64,000 bases of DNA from Macrostomum lignano (GCA_002269645.1 NIVC01003944.1:4476-68475); one strand, 5' to 3'. Positions 18,901-31,320 are shown, counted from the stretch's first letter. The notes: generated by a model from the sequence alone, not told the origin. Numbers and translations: made by a program.

Positions 18901-20909
18901 CCTTCCTTCCCTCCTTCCTTCCTTCCTTCCTTCCTTCCTTCCTTCCTTCCTTCCTTCCTTCCTTCCTTCCTTCCTTCCTTCCTTCCTTCCTTCCTTCCTT
19001 CCTTCCTTCCTTCCTTCCTTCCTTCCTTCCTTCCTTCCTTCCTTCCTTCCTTATATTTACCCGTCAAGGTCTGAACAAGCGCTGGTGCCTGCGGACCCGC
19101 GTTTAGCGACAATGATGAAACTATTATTTCTACTGTATTATCTACTAAAAGAAGCTAGACTAAAAGGCAGTGGACTAAAATCCGGGACAGAAATCTAGGC
19201 TGCAACTGGGGAAGATCCCGTTGCCGGACACAGCTGGCTGTCGGCCCCGGAGATTCAATGAGCGTCATCGCAATTAGAAAATTGCTAGCATCAGACCCAG
19301 TGTGAGCTATTTAGCTAACAAGCCAACAATTTCGGCCCCACACGACCGACGATCATGAACTTTCAATAAGTTACTAAGCCAGATCTAGGGCAGCGGTTAA
19401 ACTGCCAAGCACCTTCACTGCTGCTTTAACCCTTTGATTGGCATACAGAATGCAGCACAAGAATTTGCCTTCATTAGTAAATAATAAATCAATTTATACA
19501 CTAGAGCACAATAATAAATCTTCACCTTTTGCTTCAATTTGCCATCGACAACGCTAAACACGCAGGACTTCTCGTTGACCGCCTGCTTCCATTCATCGGC
19601 GGAGACACTGCACTGGGCCAGGTGGTGCAAAAACTCGTATACCTTGCCTAATTCGGCCTCGTGATTCAGCTCTGATAGCTGGCAGACGTAACTCCAAACA
19701 ACTGGTATGGTGAGCGCAATATCCGTGTACCGCCTAATCCGATCCTGCCGCTCTTCGGGCGAAATTTTCTCTTCATCACCCAGCTTCAGCATCAGCTTGC
19801 TAATCTGCTCCAAAGCTTGGTTAGTATTGTGCTGCTTGGGTCTACGCTGCTGCGACTGTTGCTGCTGCTGCTGATCTGGTTGGCCGTCGGACGATTCAAT
19901 AGGAGACTGCCGCTGCTGCTGCTCCTGTTGCGGCTGGCCATCGTGATGAGCCGCCTGTGTCATGTAAGCCGCAGCCGAAGATGTCGCATTGGGATAGGCG
20001 CTATCAATGCCACCAGGCGGGCTCTGCTGCGACAGATGCTGCTGATGCTGGGAGGCGTACACACCATAAGCAGCAGACTGGTGCGTCGGCAGCACTGCGG
20101 TGTGCTGCGGATAACCATAAGGATACGCATAGTGCTGCTGCTGCTGCTGTTGATCCATAGAGTCTTGCTGCATTGAAAACAGCAGCGAGTCTTGGTCCTG
20201 TATTGACATCATGTACGGCTGCTGCTGAAACATGTAGCCATTGCTGAATAGCGGCACCTGAAATGTAGTGAAAAACAAACATTTGATGCGTTAAATATGC
20301 AATTATAGTGCTCAATATCAACTGCAAAAATCGATACTGTAAAACAGTAAGTGAGCAGAAAAAACTTCTAGTTTCTGAAAACAAATAGCTTTGAGTATAG
20401 GAGATTTTATATAAACTTACATAGTTGACAGAAATGGGCACCTACATTTCAACTTACATCTCAAAGGCTACTCAGCCTAATATTACATTTACAGGGTTCC
20501 TCTACACTACACCGCCTGACTCCAGCCTGACCTGGTGCAAAGCTGCAGCCGACTCTAAACCGGGCTGCAATGTTGCCATAGTAACAGCAGTGCCGTGATG
20601 CCCGACGCCGCTATAATCGTTAGGAAAATAGCCGCTTAAATCTGTGGCCGGCGCCATTTGCACTGAGTGAGCGGCCCACATTCCGAGTGGAGTCGCTGGC
20701 GTGCCTGATGCGGACTGGGACTTATAGTGATGCTGCTGCTGATGATGTCCGGCAGAGGCTGCGGCGGCTGCTGCTGCGGCGGCGGTGGCTGCGGCATCGC
20801 CGACACCAGAATTCGGACTCTGGGACACGCACAGTATCATGCTGTTGTCAGCCAAGTAGTAAATATCACCGGGATTTAAACTATGCGGCAGGACTAACGA
20901 CGACGCCAT
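15976..20909 (-). CDS. Low-complexity putative RNA-binding protein (Q/H/Y-rich N-terminus, central folded region, RGG box), possibly a divergent La-related protein 4; simplest model exons 20909..20532, 20257..19526, 17802..15976 (~978 aa)
   Basis: Three long GC-rich ORF segments join in frame at phase-0 GT-AG sites (CAG|GTCAGG, TTTCAG|GTG, AAG|GTGAAG, CTCAG|GTG). Contains GRGGGGRGYGRGGARGGGRDY, FRLKENDFPEI and SYAAALKK. The gene is confident; the family assignment and possible extra exons in 17803-19525 are uncertain. Confidence 0.7.
18345..19052. repeat. Polypyrimidine minisatellites grading into a (CCTT)n microsatellite, intronic
   Basis: Read directly; source of the PSFL/GRKE ORFs. Confidence 0.95.
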
Positions 20910-22840
20910 TGAGGCCTCCGAGGCGGAACGGGCAGCTGGGAAAGAATAATACCCCTTGGCGACACGTAAGGGAAGCGTTCGACGCTAATGAATCCGACAA
21001 AGGCTGTGCAGATACGGCTGCAACAGTTGCAACCGGAAGTGGCGATAGACCAAGACAATTGGCTAGCGGTAGGATTTCGTCTTCAAACAAAGCAAAGAAA
21101 TTATATAGGCGCAGGCGGGGACACCTGAGCGTGGGTAGCCAGCCAGACCTTGAGAGCAGTAAGGGAAGGGGAAGGAAACGCGCCAGGGGGTGCCGACGAA
21201 TCCACCGTGCAAAAACGTGAGCCTGTCGTAGAGTACAAACGCGCGCTTTGCTCCAATTTCGCTTTCGTTCAGTTTAATATAAAATAAAAATTCAACTCGA
21301 TTGCAGCCCCCAACCGGCAAAGCCTTCTGTCCTCTCGGCGCCGGCAGAGGGGATCGGCAGTGGCTGAATCGTGGCGCGTATTTGGTTCAAAAAATATGGG
21401 CTATGGAAATCTTTGAGCAGAGTGAAGCAGGGGAACAGAAATAGAGGAGGGGAGCCCGAGGGGTGCTCTAGCCTAGCGTGGCAGATACTGGCCGGGGCCA
21501 AGTCAAGGCGGGCAGTCCCGACGCGGACGCCGTTCGGTTGCACAGGGCATGCACGCGCGAAGCACAGCTAGGACTGAGGGAGTGAGGGATAGCCACAACT
21601 ATTTGCGGCACACCCAGCAGAACCGATGCCAATATAAGTAGAGAGTAGGACGAGGGAGGGCCAGTGCCAGCGGTCGGTTGGAAGCAGGGCTAGAGAGGAG
21701 GCGGGGTCGAGCTGCAAGCAGCCGAATAAACGTAATGCCCTGCTGCTAGGGGGGGGGGGGATAGAGGTGTGCATAAAGGAGCGCAAGGCGACACACAAGA
21801 GCTTCTACTCTCGTCCTCCTGCCCTTACCCCCTTGCAGTATATCCCTCATAGTGCGCAGCCTATATCCCCTCCCCCTACTGTACGCAGCTTGGGGAGGCT
21901 TCAGGGTTGTTGCCGGGGTGAAGTAAGGCGGAGGTGGGGAGAAATGGCGATGCAACTGATACGATAAGCGGCTGGGGTTGCGGTGGCGACCAAAAAATGG
22001 GCTGGGAAGGGGCGTATCTACACAGTAGTAAGAGTCTCGCCTTCCCCTCGCCGATGATTGCAACTGTGCGCACACCGCGTCGTACATCGTGAGGAACGAC
22101 GGCGAGAGGCGGCTAGCGGGGAGGAGGGGGGGGATAGAGAAATTCAAGGACGGGGGCAGACAGGCGGATAGGCAAAGCTATTTTCAACAGCAAGAGCCGG
22201 TCCATACATATTGTGTGCATAATGTGAACTGCTGAAAGGAGGGAGGACGAGGAGGCGGACCAAAGGGAATAGGAACCCGGCTCTATAGTTAAAAAAGATG
22301 AGTGTGTTTGGACTAGCAATGAGGAGCTAGTAGGGAAAGGGAAAATGACAGGGGTTAGGGGGCGGCTTGTTCTTATAAAAGTATAACAGCCAGTCTCAGC
22401 CTATAGTGAATTTGCTACCACTGGTTCAGCGGCATAATGCTGGAAGACAGAGAATGGGGGAGAATAGGGGAGAGTTGAAAAAAACCAGTAAAGCTGCAAG
22501 CAGAGATACGGTAATAAATACAAAACAACTCCTGCAAAACAATAAAACGACACCGCGTGAGACAAATGCAAAAATAAGGTACGAGTAGTAAGCGGCGAAC
22601 ACGGAATTAATTTTCTGCCACATAAATACATTTAACTAACAAACCAATTTACAAAAAAGTGCACCAATTGTAACGCGAATTAGCCAGTCTATTTTTAGCT
22701 AATCAAAACTAAGTTTTACCTACTAATAGTATGTGTAAATCGCTCTATTAGAGTTAGGCAAACACTTCAATAACAGGCTAATCCCAGTTGCATTTCGATA
22801 TTTAATACATCCAAGTAAAAATAGCGCAAGTTTAACGAAC

Positions 22841-22951
22841 CTGACTGCCCGGGTGCTGATAGTGACTGGCGGCCGGCATGTAGTGCTGCGGATAATAGGC
22901 GGCGTCAGCTGGATAACCGAGCAGCGAGTGCGGCAAATGAGACTGGTGCAT
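22841..22951 (-). CDS. Candidate alternative first coding exon of the 15976-20909 gene (MHQSHLPHSLLGYPADAAYYPQHYMPAASHYQHPGSQ)
   Basis: Acceptor TTTTAATTGCAG| at 22965, ATG at 22951, phase-0 donor CAG|GTTCGT at 22841. It fits the phase-0 acceptor at 20257, and its H/Q/Y/P composition matches the rest of the N-terminus. Confidence 0.6.
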
Positions 22952-23099
22952 GGCGTTCCGGATTGCTGCAATTAAAATTTTTCAGCTTCCTTGTTTGTGG
23001 CCTGACACCGCTCTGGGCTGGTTTGTAATTGCATTCATATAATTGCTTCCATAATTAAGCCCAAAAACAAATATTATGGAAGGGCAGGGCAGTGGCCCC

Positions 23100-23812
23100 G
23101 CAACTGAGGATCTGGGAGGGAAACAGTGACCCAGTCTGAGGATTTGGGAGGGAAACAGTGACCCAGTCTGAGGATTTGGGAGGGAAACAGTGACCCAGTC
23201 TGAGGATTTGGGAGGGAAACAGTGACCCAGTTTGAGGATTTGGGAGGGAAACAGTGACCCAGTCTGAGGATCTGGGAGGGAAACAGTGACCCAGTCTGAG
23301 GATTCGGGAGGGAAACAGTGACCCAGTCTGAGGATTTGGGAGGGAAACAGTGACCCAGTCTGAGGATTTGGGAGGGAAACAGTGACCCAGTCTGAGGATT
23401 TGGGAGGGAAACAGTGACCCAGTCTGAGGATCTGGGAGGGAAACAGTGACCCAGTCTGAGGATTTGGGAGGGAAACAGTGACCCAGCAACTGATGATCAG
23501 GGAGGGCGGTGACACAGCAACTGATGATCTGGGAGGGCGATGATACAGCAACTGATGATCTGGGAGGGCGGTGACACAGCAACTGATGATCAGGGAGGGC
23601 GGTGACCCAGCAACTGATGATCAGGGAGGGCGGTGACCCAGCAACTGATGATCTGGGAGGGCGATGATACAGCAACTGATGATCTGGGAGGGCGGTGACC
23701 CAGCAACTGATGATCAGGGAGGGCGGTGACCCAGCAACTGATGATCTGGGAGGGCGATGATACAGCAACTGATGATCTGGGAGGGCGGTGACACAGCAAC
23801 TGATGATCTAGG
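23100..23812. repeat. Two-part minisatellite: 32-bp GAGGATTTGGGAGGGAAACAGTGACCCAGTCT, then a ~30-31-bp CAGCAACTGATGATCTGGGAGGGCGGTGACC variant
   Basis: Period of 32 confirmed (23106 to 23138); the unit type switches at ~23485. Confidence 0.95.
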
Positions 23813-24045
23813 AGGGGGGAGGGGCTGCAGCCAGCTAAGACCAGCTTTAGAACTGAAAAGGCTGGTCTTGGCCTTAATAAAAGTGGACTAAATGCTGAAT
23901 GTGCTTTACTAAAATTAGTGAGAATGAAAAGCAAAACTAAAAAATATATATCTTTTAAAGGCTTGAAGATAAGCAATCCTAACAATCAGTTTCCAATGCA
24001 AGAATTTTTATAGAGGAATGATAGGTTTAAACACTGCAGACTTAC

Positions 24046-24133
24046 GATGAGCCTTGATTGAGGTCTATAGCACGTCGTGATGGGATCAGAATCACACCTC
24101 TTTAGCCGAGAGCACAATCAAGGTTTGCGGAAC
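24046..24133 (-). other. Candidate non-coding 5' UTR exon of the minus-strand RGG gene
   Basis: Strong acceptor TCTCTTCTGTTCAG|, consensus donor |GTAAGT, no ATG, and CpGs retained amid CpG-poor flanks. Confidence 0.4.
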
Positions 24134-26006
24134 CTGAACAGAAGAGACACCAGTCTTAATGCGAATTGTAACTAACTCCAATAGCACCTGGAAATATTAA
24201 ATATGAAACTATTAAGGTGCGCCATTATAAAGGTTAAAGGTAAGCCATTTTTATTCTACCACTATCGACCAAATCACTCTGTCTACCAACAGTAGTAGTA
24301 TATGGTGAATAGCTAAGCTGAGCTCTAAAATAATTCAATGATACTAACTGAAACCAAAACTAGTGCTTATATTAGAATTTTAAACGACTAAAATTTAGCA
24401 CTTGAATGAACAACAAGAAACAAATATACAACATAACTGTCTGCTAAGGTCATATACAATGCTTCTATATTGAAGCCCAAAAATGAATAATATTATGGAA
24501 GGCAGTGGCCCCGCAACTGAGGATCTGGGAGTAAATGGTGAATGATAGACTAGCTCTAGACTAAAGGACAAATAGCAAAGCTGAAGTTTGAGGGCCAAGC
24601 CAGTAGCCTACAAATGTGTAATATAATAGACTCACAATAAATGCCTTGGGGAGGTGGTATCATTGCCTAACAATGAGCAATAATCCTACCTCACTCAAAC
24701 TAGGCATTGCCCTACATTTTATTTATTCATTCTAATTGACTATAAAATATACTGCCTTTGAATAATTTTTAGTATAGCAAATTCTAAGATGCGAGCCCTA
24801 TACTCATAGTAGGGCCTTTGGAGGCCAATATGTTAGAAAGTTTTTGTGGCATGTTAGCAGAAGATAATAGAAAAAAAACCTGTTAGGGCCTATAGTTTAT
24901 CTACATTGATTTGTATATCTCTCAGTTCTATTGAGTATGTTATCTTTATAGTCTAATAACTTATTGCACCAGGGAAATATTCTTTAAATTTCATTCTTTA
25001 TAAGACATTCATTTATAAATCATTAGCCATTAGCCAATTAAACTCTAGTCAATGACCTTGTTGGAATAATTAGGCAAATGGCATCTATCTTATCAAGCAT
25101 ATTTATAGGCTTTTTTGATGATACAAATAGCCTATAATATAGAACTGTACTAATGAGTTCTCTACAGTTCTCTAGATCTCTAGATCTAGCTCTTAGTTGG
25201 ATAAGATTATCACTATACACTTACCCCCAAGCCTATTTGTTTATACCAACTTCTTTTTCCCATATACCTGCATCAACCCTTTCTTACTGTTTATACAAGG
25301 TATAGTCTACAAAAGCCCACTTTGATAGAATAGGCAAATCAAATAGATCAATGAAAGAAATGGACATTTTGAAAAGCATAACCTTTTTGGGAAATATATT
25401 TAATGGCTTTAAATTGCTAATTGGTAATATATAGCCAATGTGACTTAAAAACAAAAGCAACTAGATTTTATTACTTCTTGTTTTACTTAATGATAAGCAA
25501 TGTTGGTCATATATTGGCCAAAACTATCTATACCAACTTACTATACACCTGTTTCTCAATTTTTTTATCTTAGTTATATAGGTCCAAGCTTGATTGGCTA
25601 TCTTTTTTACCCATTTTGTTCCTTAATCTTATATTCTTATATTGTTAAATAGTTTGACTAATAGTACTATTGTATTGATTTATTAGTTCTATAATATATC
25701 ACTAATAGATTAAATATATAAGACCTTATCCTAGGAATATTAAGTACTTTTAAGTCCAATATCTAGCCAATCTAGCCAGGTAACAAAGTGGCCAAGGCAG
25801 GTATGTTGCAAAACCACTCAATCAACTAAATACCAAAAACAAAGATTACATAGGAAAAAGTATATGTATAGCAATCAAGAAAACAAATAATCAAAAGAGA
25901 AAGAAAATTAAATAGTTAGCTTTCAAAGAAAAAGAGAATTAAAACTACAGCATATAATAATCAAAGCTATGTTGCAAGTCTATAAATATAATATAATATC
26001 AAATAT

Positions 26007-26113
26007 CATACATGTACAACCTCCAAAATTTGGTTGGCCATGCAACTTAGTTTTAACAAAAAATGTGACAGTTTTTGGCTAAAAATGCAATTAAGCAATG
26101 ACTTACCTGTGAA
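26007..26113 (-). mobile_element. CpG-decayed terminal fragment of the CATACATGCGCAAC MITE family
   Basis: Aligns over ~85 nt with the reverse complement of the right end of 47541-47837. GACTTACCTGTGAA matches the reverse complement of the 57526-57742 copy. Confidence 0.8.
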
Positions 26114-29100
26114 TTGAATTTAGCGATTTGAAAGCTAAAAAAGTAATAAATAATCATTTTAAAAACTTGCATGCATAATACTACCAAAAGTTAAGCATAT
26201 GGTAAAAAAAGTAACTTATTTTATTTGAAACTTAAAAGCTAATAATGAGAAATTCATAATTAAATATGCATAGAAAGGTTGTTTCAGTACCATTAGCAGG
26301 CGCAGCAGAAAGTTGCGAAAGATTGGGATAGAAGTGAATCAAAGCAATCGATGCTCATGCGCAAGAAATAAAGTTTCATACTATTTTAATTCATTATTTT
26401 AAAGTTTATTTGTAAGAAGTTGTTAATTACATGTACGTCTGTATGATCATCATCATAAATAAAGAGATTATATTTAGGCATATAGGTAAGCTCAGATACG
26501 TTTGTAATGTTTAAACTTCTTGTAAGACTTCTATTTTTTGTTCTTTCTTTGTGTCTTTGGTCATTGACATAGACACTACAGTTAACAATGAATTTATTGT
26601 TAATTCACAAATTTTTTAATGCAAATTTGTTAATCTGTTAGTTCAAAAAAATCTTAACGACAGTCTGTTAACATTAATGAAAAATCTTAATGCTTATTAA
26701 CGGATTAACGCTTATTAACGGACTGGTGCCCAACACTGTAGATAATAGACTAGTGTAGGGCATATTACACATTGTTTCGATACTCATAGGAAAGTATATT
26801 TTGGATTTACTTACTTATATCATTTAGTGCCTCTTTGATCCAATTTGCATAATACACATTTGTACATTTTTTCATTTTTGGGACACATTGTACAAAGCTC
26901 ATTGGAACCCCTAATAACATTGTTGCTCCTATTATTGCAAATTTATAATTTTACATTTAGGATTTCTTTTTGAATTAATATTTAAACATCTATTATTTTG
27001 GTTTAATGTTTCTTTTTATTTTTGTTTTGATTTCCCCCATTAGCTTATTTGTTTCAGTAGTGCATCTGTTCAAATTTGGCTTCTTGCAAGTTTTATTGTT
27101 GATTGTCTTGTCCCATATGCTGGGTGTTAATCTTTTATAGTCTTATAGCACCAATAGTCTATATTATTAAATAAACTTTGTCATAACTTTGCTAAAATGG
27201 TTATAAAGATTGTTTTAATTAATTTTGTTTATTTATTATTTAAGGGTTATGATCCTTCTAAATTTTAACCTAGACACTTAGGTGCAAGTCATTTTGATAA
27301 TAAATGTTTTGGTGACAAATAGTCATTTCAATGACAATGACAAGTTGCTTCTATGATTTGATAGATATACTTCATCTTTTATCAAAAATAGATTTGGTAA
27401 GTAAAGGTGAGTTAGTCAGTTTAGTAACAGGAGGCACTTTATAATATCAATTAGTAATTATTTTGTTAAAAATTATATTTTATATATTTAAACAAATCTA
27501 TTTAAAGGTCATTATTTTGAAAAAATCAATTGTTGCTTTTTGTTTTACTTTAGTGGGGATCATTTTGAATTAGGGCCTAGTCCTAGAATATTCAGACACA
27601 AATATAAAAGAACTTCCTTAGTCCTCATTAAATCCCACTAAGAAAAACAGAGAAATATTTACCAAATTTAGAAAATGCACAAAAATAAAAGATTGCAACT
27701 CTATATAGTAAATAAACAAAATTAAATGAGCATTTTGGCACCATTTAGACAATTTTGGCAAAACTCTAACAATTTAGGTTTCATAATCATAGCTATATAT
27801 AATATAGCTAAATATATATATTTTCTAGCCTAGGGATGTAGTAGGCCTAGAAATGCCAATTATAATAGCTGAGTAGCAGAATTAACAATCATAGATTTTA
27901 TCATTTTTTCTTCAAATTAAGGTCAGAGTAAGTCGGATTATGTTTGTTTAGGGCTAGTTAGATTTACAGTCTTCTATTAGTCTTAGATCTTAGGTCAGAA
28001 ATTAGATCTGGCTGTGCTTTAATTTTTTAGCAACTGTCAGTGTCAGAAAATTATTAATATTAATCCAGCAATTTTGAACCAGCGGTATTAAAGAATACCT
28101 TTAGCTAAACTTGAGACTACACTGATTTACTGAGAAAGACTGTGTGACTTGAGCGATAAGGTATCGATTTCCGATTTAGCAGCTGTGATACATGCTCATG
28201 CATACTGTCCGTCCCTGACCTCGGTTGTTAGTGAGTTATAGAACTAAGAACAAAAAACGTATTTAAAAGTTACATATAATCAGCGTGAAAATTGCATTAC
28301 TAACCTTTAAAATACATATTTAAACTTTTTAAATGCAATTTACTAATATTTCACACTTTTGTGGTCTGCTTTATTTTATGAGCTTGTTCCTGTGTTTTAC
28401 TTAACAAGGTAAAAAATAAAGCAGTTAAGCTGCCTTCTCATAAAAGGTTGGTTTCATGCTGAAATGGTCATATAGTATCAAAATATGCATATATCACAAG
28501 AATAAATATACATGTACGATGAAACGCGACAACGAAAGTAGATGGGAAATATAGTTTAAATTGTGCTTTTGAAATGTCAAATGTGTTTTTTAATTAATTT
28601 TTGAGTTTCTTATTTCTTATTTCAAGTTTTTATTCTCATGTAAGATCATATGCTGGAGGCTCAGACAATCTGAACTGTACTGTTTCATTAAATTCAGATG
28701 TACACATGCAGATACACATACATGTACAAAAACTACAAAATGCTACAAAAAGTACTCAGAAACGCGTATAATACATGTGTTTATGCATTTAAAACATAAA
28801 TTTATATATTTCACGCACACGGCAGGGACTAAGTGTCGTTACTGTACATGATGTTTAAGAAAGATCTATAAACAGCTTGCAGTATAAGTTTTCAAGGCTT
28901 GACAGTTTTTCGATTATTTTATTGACAAGTTATGGCTTAACCTTGAAAACCACCGGCAAATTATTTGGGGCGTTTCTAATAAATTCTAAACTTGGACTAC
29001 ATCCTACATGACAATTGAAACCTTCCAAAAGGTTTTCTGTATGGTATGAGCACATGATCGTTCGTTTATATAAACATAATCGATTTTAATGAACATTATA

Positions 29101-29308
29101 TTTTGTAATAGTGCATCTAAATATAGAATATTGTTCACTATTTTGTTTTCGGGTAGAATCAAGTTTCAGACAATGTGTACATTATACGTGTGCAACAGAG
29201 AGAAAGGCTAAAAGTTCGCTGCAATATTTTAAGAAACAGTTTGTAAAGCTATAGTAAAAAGACTTGTTGTTTACAAAACTAATAATGCATGCAGCAGCCT
29301 GACGATCG

Positions 29309-30023
29309 CGTACACCTATTGACGATGGTACACCTATTGACGATCGTACACCTATTGACGATCGTACACCTATTGACGATCGTACACCTATTGACGATCG
29401 TACACCTATTGACGATCGTACACCTATTGACGATCGTACACCTATTGACGATCGTACACCTATTGACGATCGTACACCTATTGACGATCGTACACCTATT
29501 GACGATCGTACACCTATTGACGATCGTACACCTATTGACGATCGTACACCTATTGACGATCGTACACCTATTGACGATCGTACACCTATTGACGATCGTA
29601 CACCTATTGACGATCGTACACCTATTGACGATCGTACACCTATTGACGATCGTACACCTATTGACGATCGTACACCTATTGACGATCGTACACCTACCTA
29701 TTCACGATCGTACACCTATTGACGATCGTACACCTATTGACGATCGTACACCTATTGACGATCGTACACCTATTGACGATCGTACACCTATTGACGATCG
29801 TACACCTATTGACGATCGTACACCTATTGACGATCGTACACCTATTGACGATCGTACACCTATTGACGATCGTACACCTATTGACGATCGTACACCTATT
29901 GACGATCGTACACCTATTGACGATCGTACACCTACCTATTCACGATCGTAAACCTATTGACGATCGTACACCTATTGACGATCGTACACCTATTGACGAT
30001 CGTACACCTATTGACGATCGTAC
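29309..30023. repeat. 18-bp minisatellite (GACGATCGTACACCTATT), ~39 nearly identical units, intergenic
   Basis: Read directly; source of the TIVHLL/DDRTPI ORFs. Confidence 0.97.
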
Positions 30024-31320
30024 ATTTGTTCTTATGAAAGGTGCCATGCATTGGAAAAAAATTAATCATGCCATTAAGAGCAAGAAACAGCTTTTTAATC
30101 CCCCGCAACTCCACATCCGGATGTGGCAAAGATGGTCGGTGCCTGCAATTCCTCTTTTAATACCGCGTTTTGGGGGCCTGGCCTGGTGCAATTAAGGCTC
30201 CCGGATCCTCTTTCCTACCTGCTTAGCTATAAATATTCCAAAGCCTGCACATCTTTTTTCAAGTTCTCCCGCGTCTTCAATACTGCCTTGAGCAGCCATT
30301 TAAGTTCTTCGCCTGCTTCCTTGCATTGTCAGGCCCTTAGCAGCGTAGCGACTGAGGGTTGAATCGGATTCAAAGTCAAATCCAGCTAAATTGTGCTTGC
30401 GTTGCAGGCGCACTACTTATACAATATTTACTTGTCCGAAATGTTTTCTGCATTTTTAATTCATCACCACTGATTACAAGCACTAATTAAGTCTAAATCT
30501 CTGACTAGTTAACTGCTAATCAGATTGAGGCAAACAGGAAAATGTTGTTCCGTCTGCAGTTAATTCCAACCTCTAAAATAGAGGTAGCTTTGGACATCAA
30601 TTGAGTCAAGGATCATATATTTGGTACTGAATTAGTTAGAGCTGATGTAACTGGGTAAAACTGCATGTAAACTAAGTTTTCTTAGAATTAGGCCTAGTTT
30701 TTTAGTCAGAACAGTGTACAGGTACCTATAGTGTACAGGTACCTCGTACTACGTATACTATATCTGTACTTATACCTGTGCTATTACCTGTACACTGGAG
30801 GGATTGAAGCAGTAATCTAACTTGGGCATTAATTTTTTTAACAACTACACAACCCAATTGGATTGTTCACTAATTAATCAAGTTTCAATCAGCTGTCTGT
30901 TACCGCTCCTTCTTCTAGTTGGTCCCTGCAGCTTATAGCTTGCTAGTGCCCGCAATAGGCTGTGCTGTCAATTATAGTAGTCCAGCTATAGTGTCTAATT
31001 CACTCGCTAAAATTTCATAGGGTTCCGCCTCTTATCGGCATCCAATCAGAAGAATCGATCAGACTTGGCATCTACATTATATTAGACTCTGTTATAGAAC
31101 AGCAATATTGAGAGATTGAGGTTAATTGAGAAACTCAGCTACCTCTTGGCACCCAACTGGGCTTGCGTCATTCGTCCTGGTCTTTAGTGTACGAGCGTAA
31201 GCGTTTAACGTTTAAAATAACAATGCATTACTTTTACTGTTAATAAAATTTCATTTCAACCATAAACAACGGAAATTTCGTTCGTTTCCACTTTTCGTGA
31301 GGTAGGTCGGTATCAATCTT

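Noticed and set aside
17803-19525. Extra coding exons in the RGG gene (28-nt microexon 19088-19061; stretches reading IIENRNGMQCLDTFWNRLYQE or VKAAVKVLGSL)
   Set aside because: I could not chain them with consistent phases without stops, whereas 19526 to 17802 joins cleanly in phase 0. RNA-seq is needed to settle this.
23100-23490. Hammerhead ribozyme in the 32-bp repeat (CTGAGGA...GAAAC...GTC)
   Set aside because: The C of the GTC triplet is the same base as the C of the next CTGAGGA, leaving no room for stem I. Stems II and III are only 2-3 weak pairs.
25760-25830. Possible heavily decayed left end of the 28S-bearing MITE (CTAGCCAATCTAGCCAGG...GTGGCCAA...ATGTTGCAAAA)
   Set aside because: The resemblance needs many assumed CG>TA changes, and its orientation conflicts with the 26007 fragment. 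It is not supportable without a profile alignment.
30050-30360. Coding-like minus-strand fragment (CKEAGEELKWLLKAVLKTRENLKKDVQALEYL*)
   Set aside because: Short, interrupted by stops, with no recognisable family or splice context.
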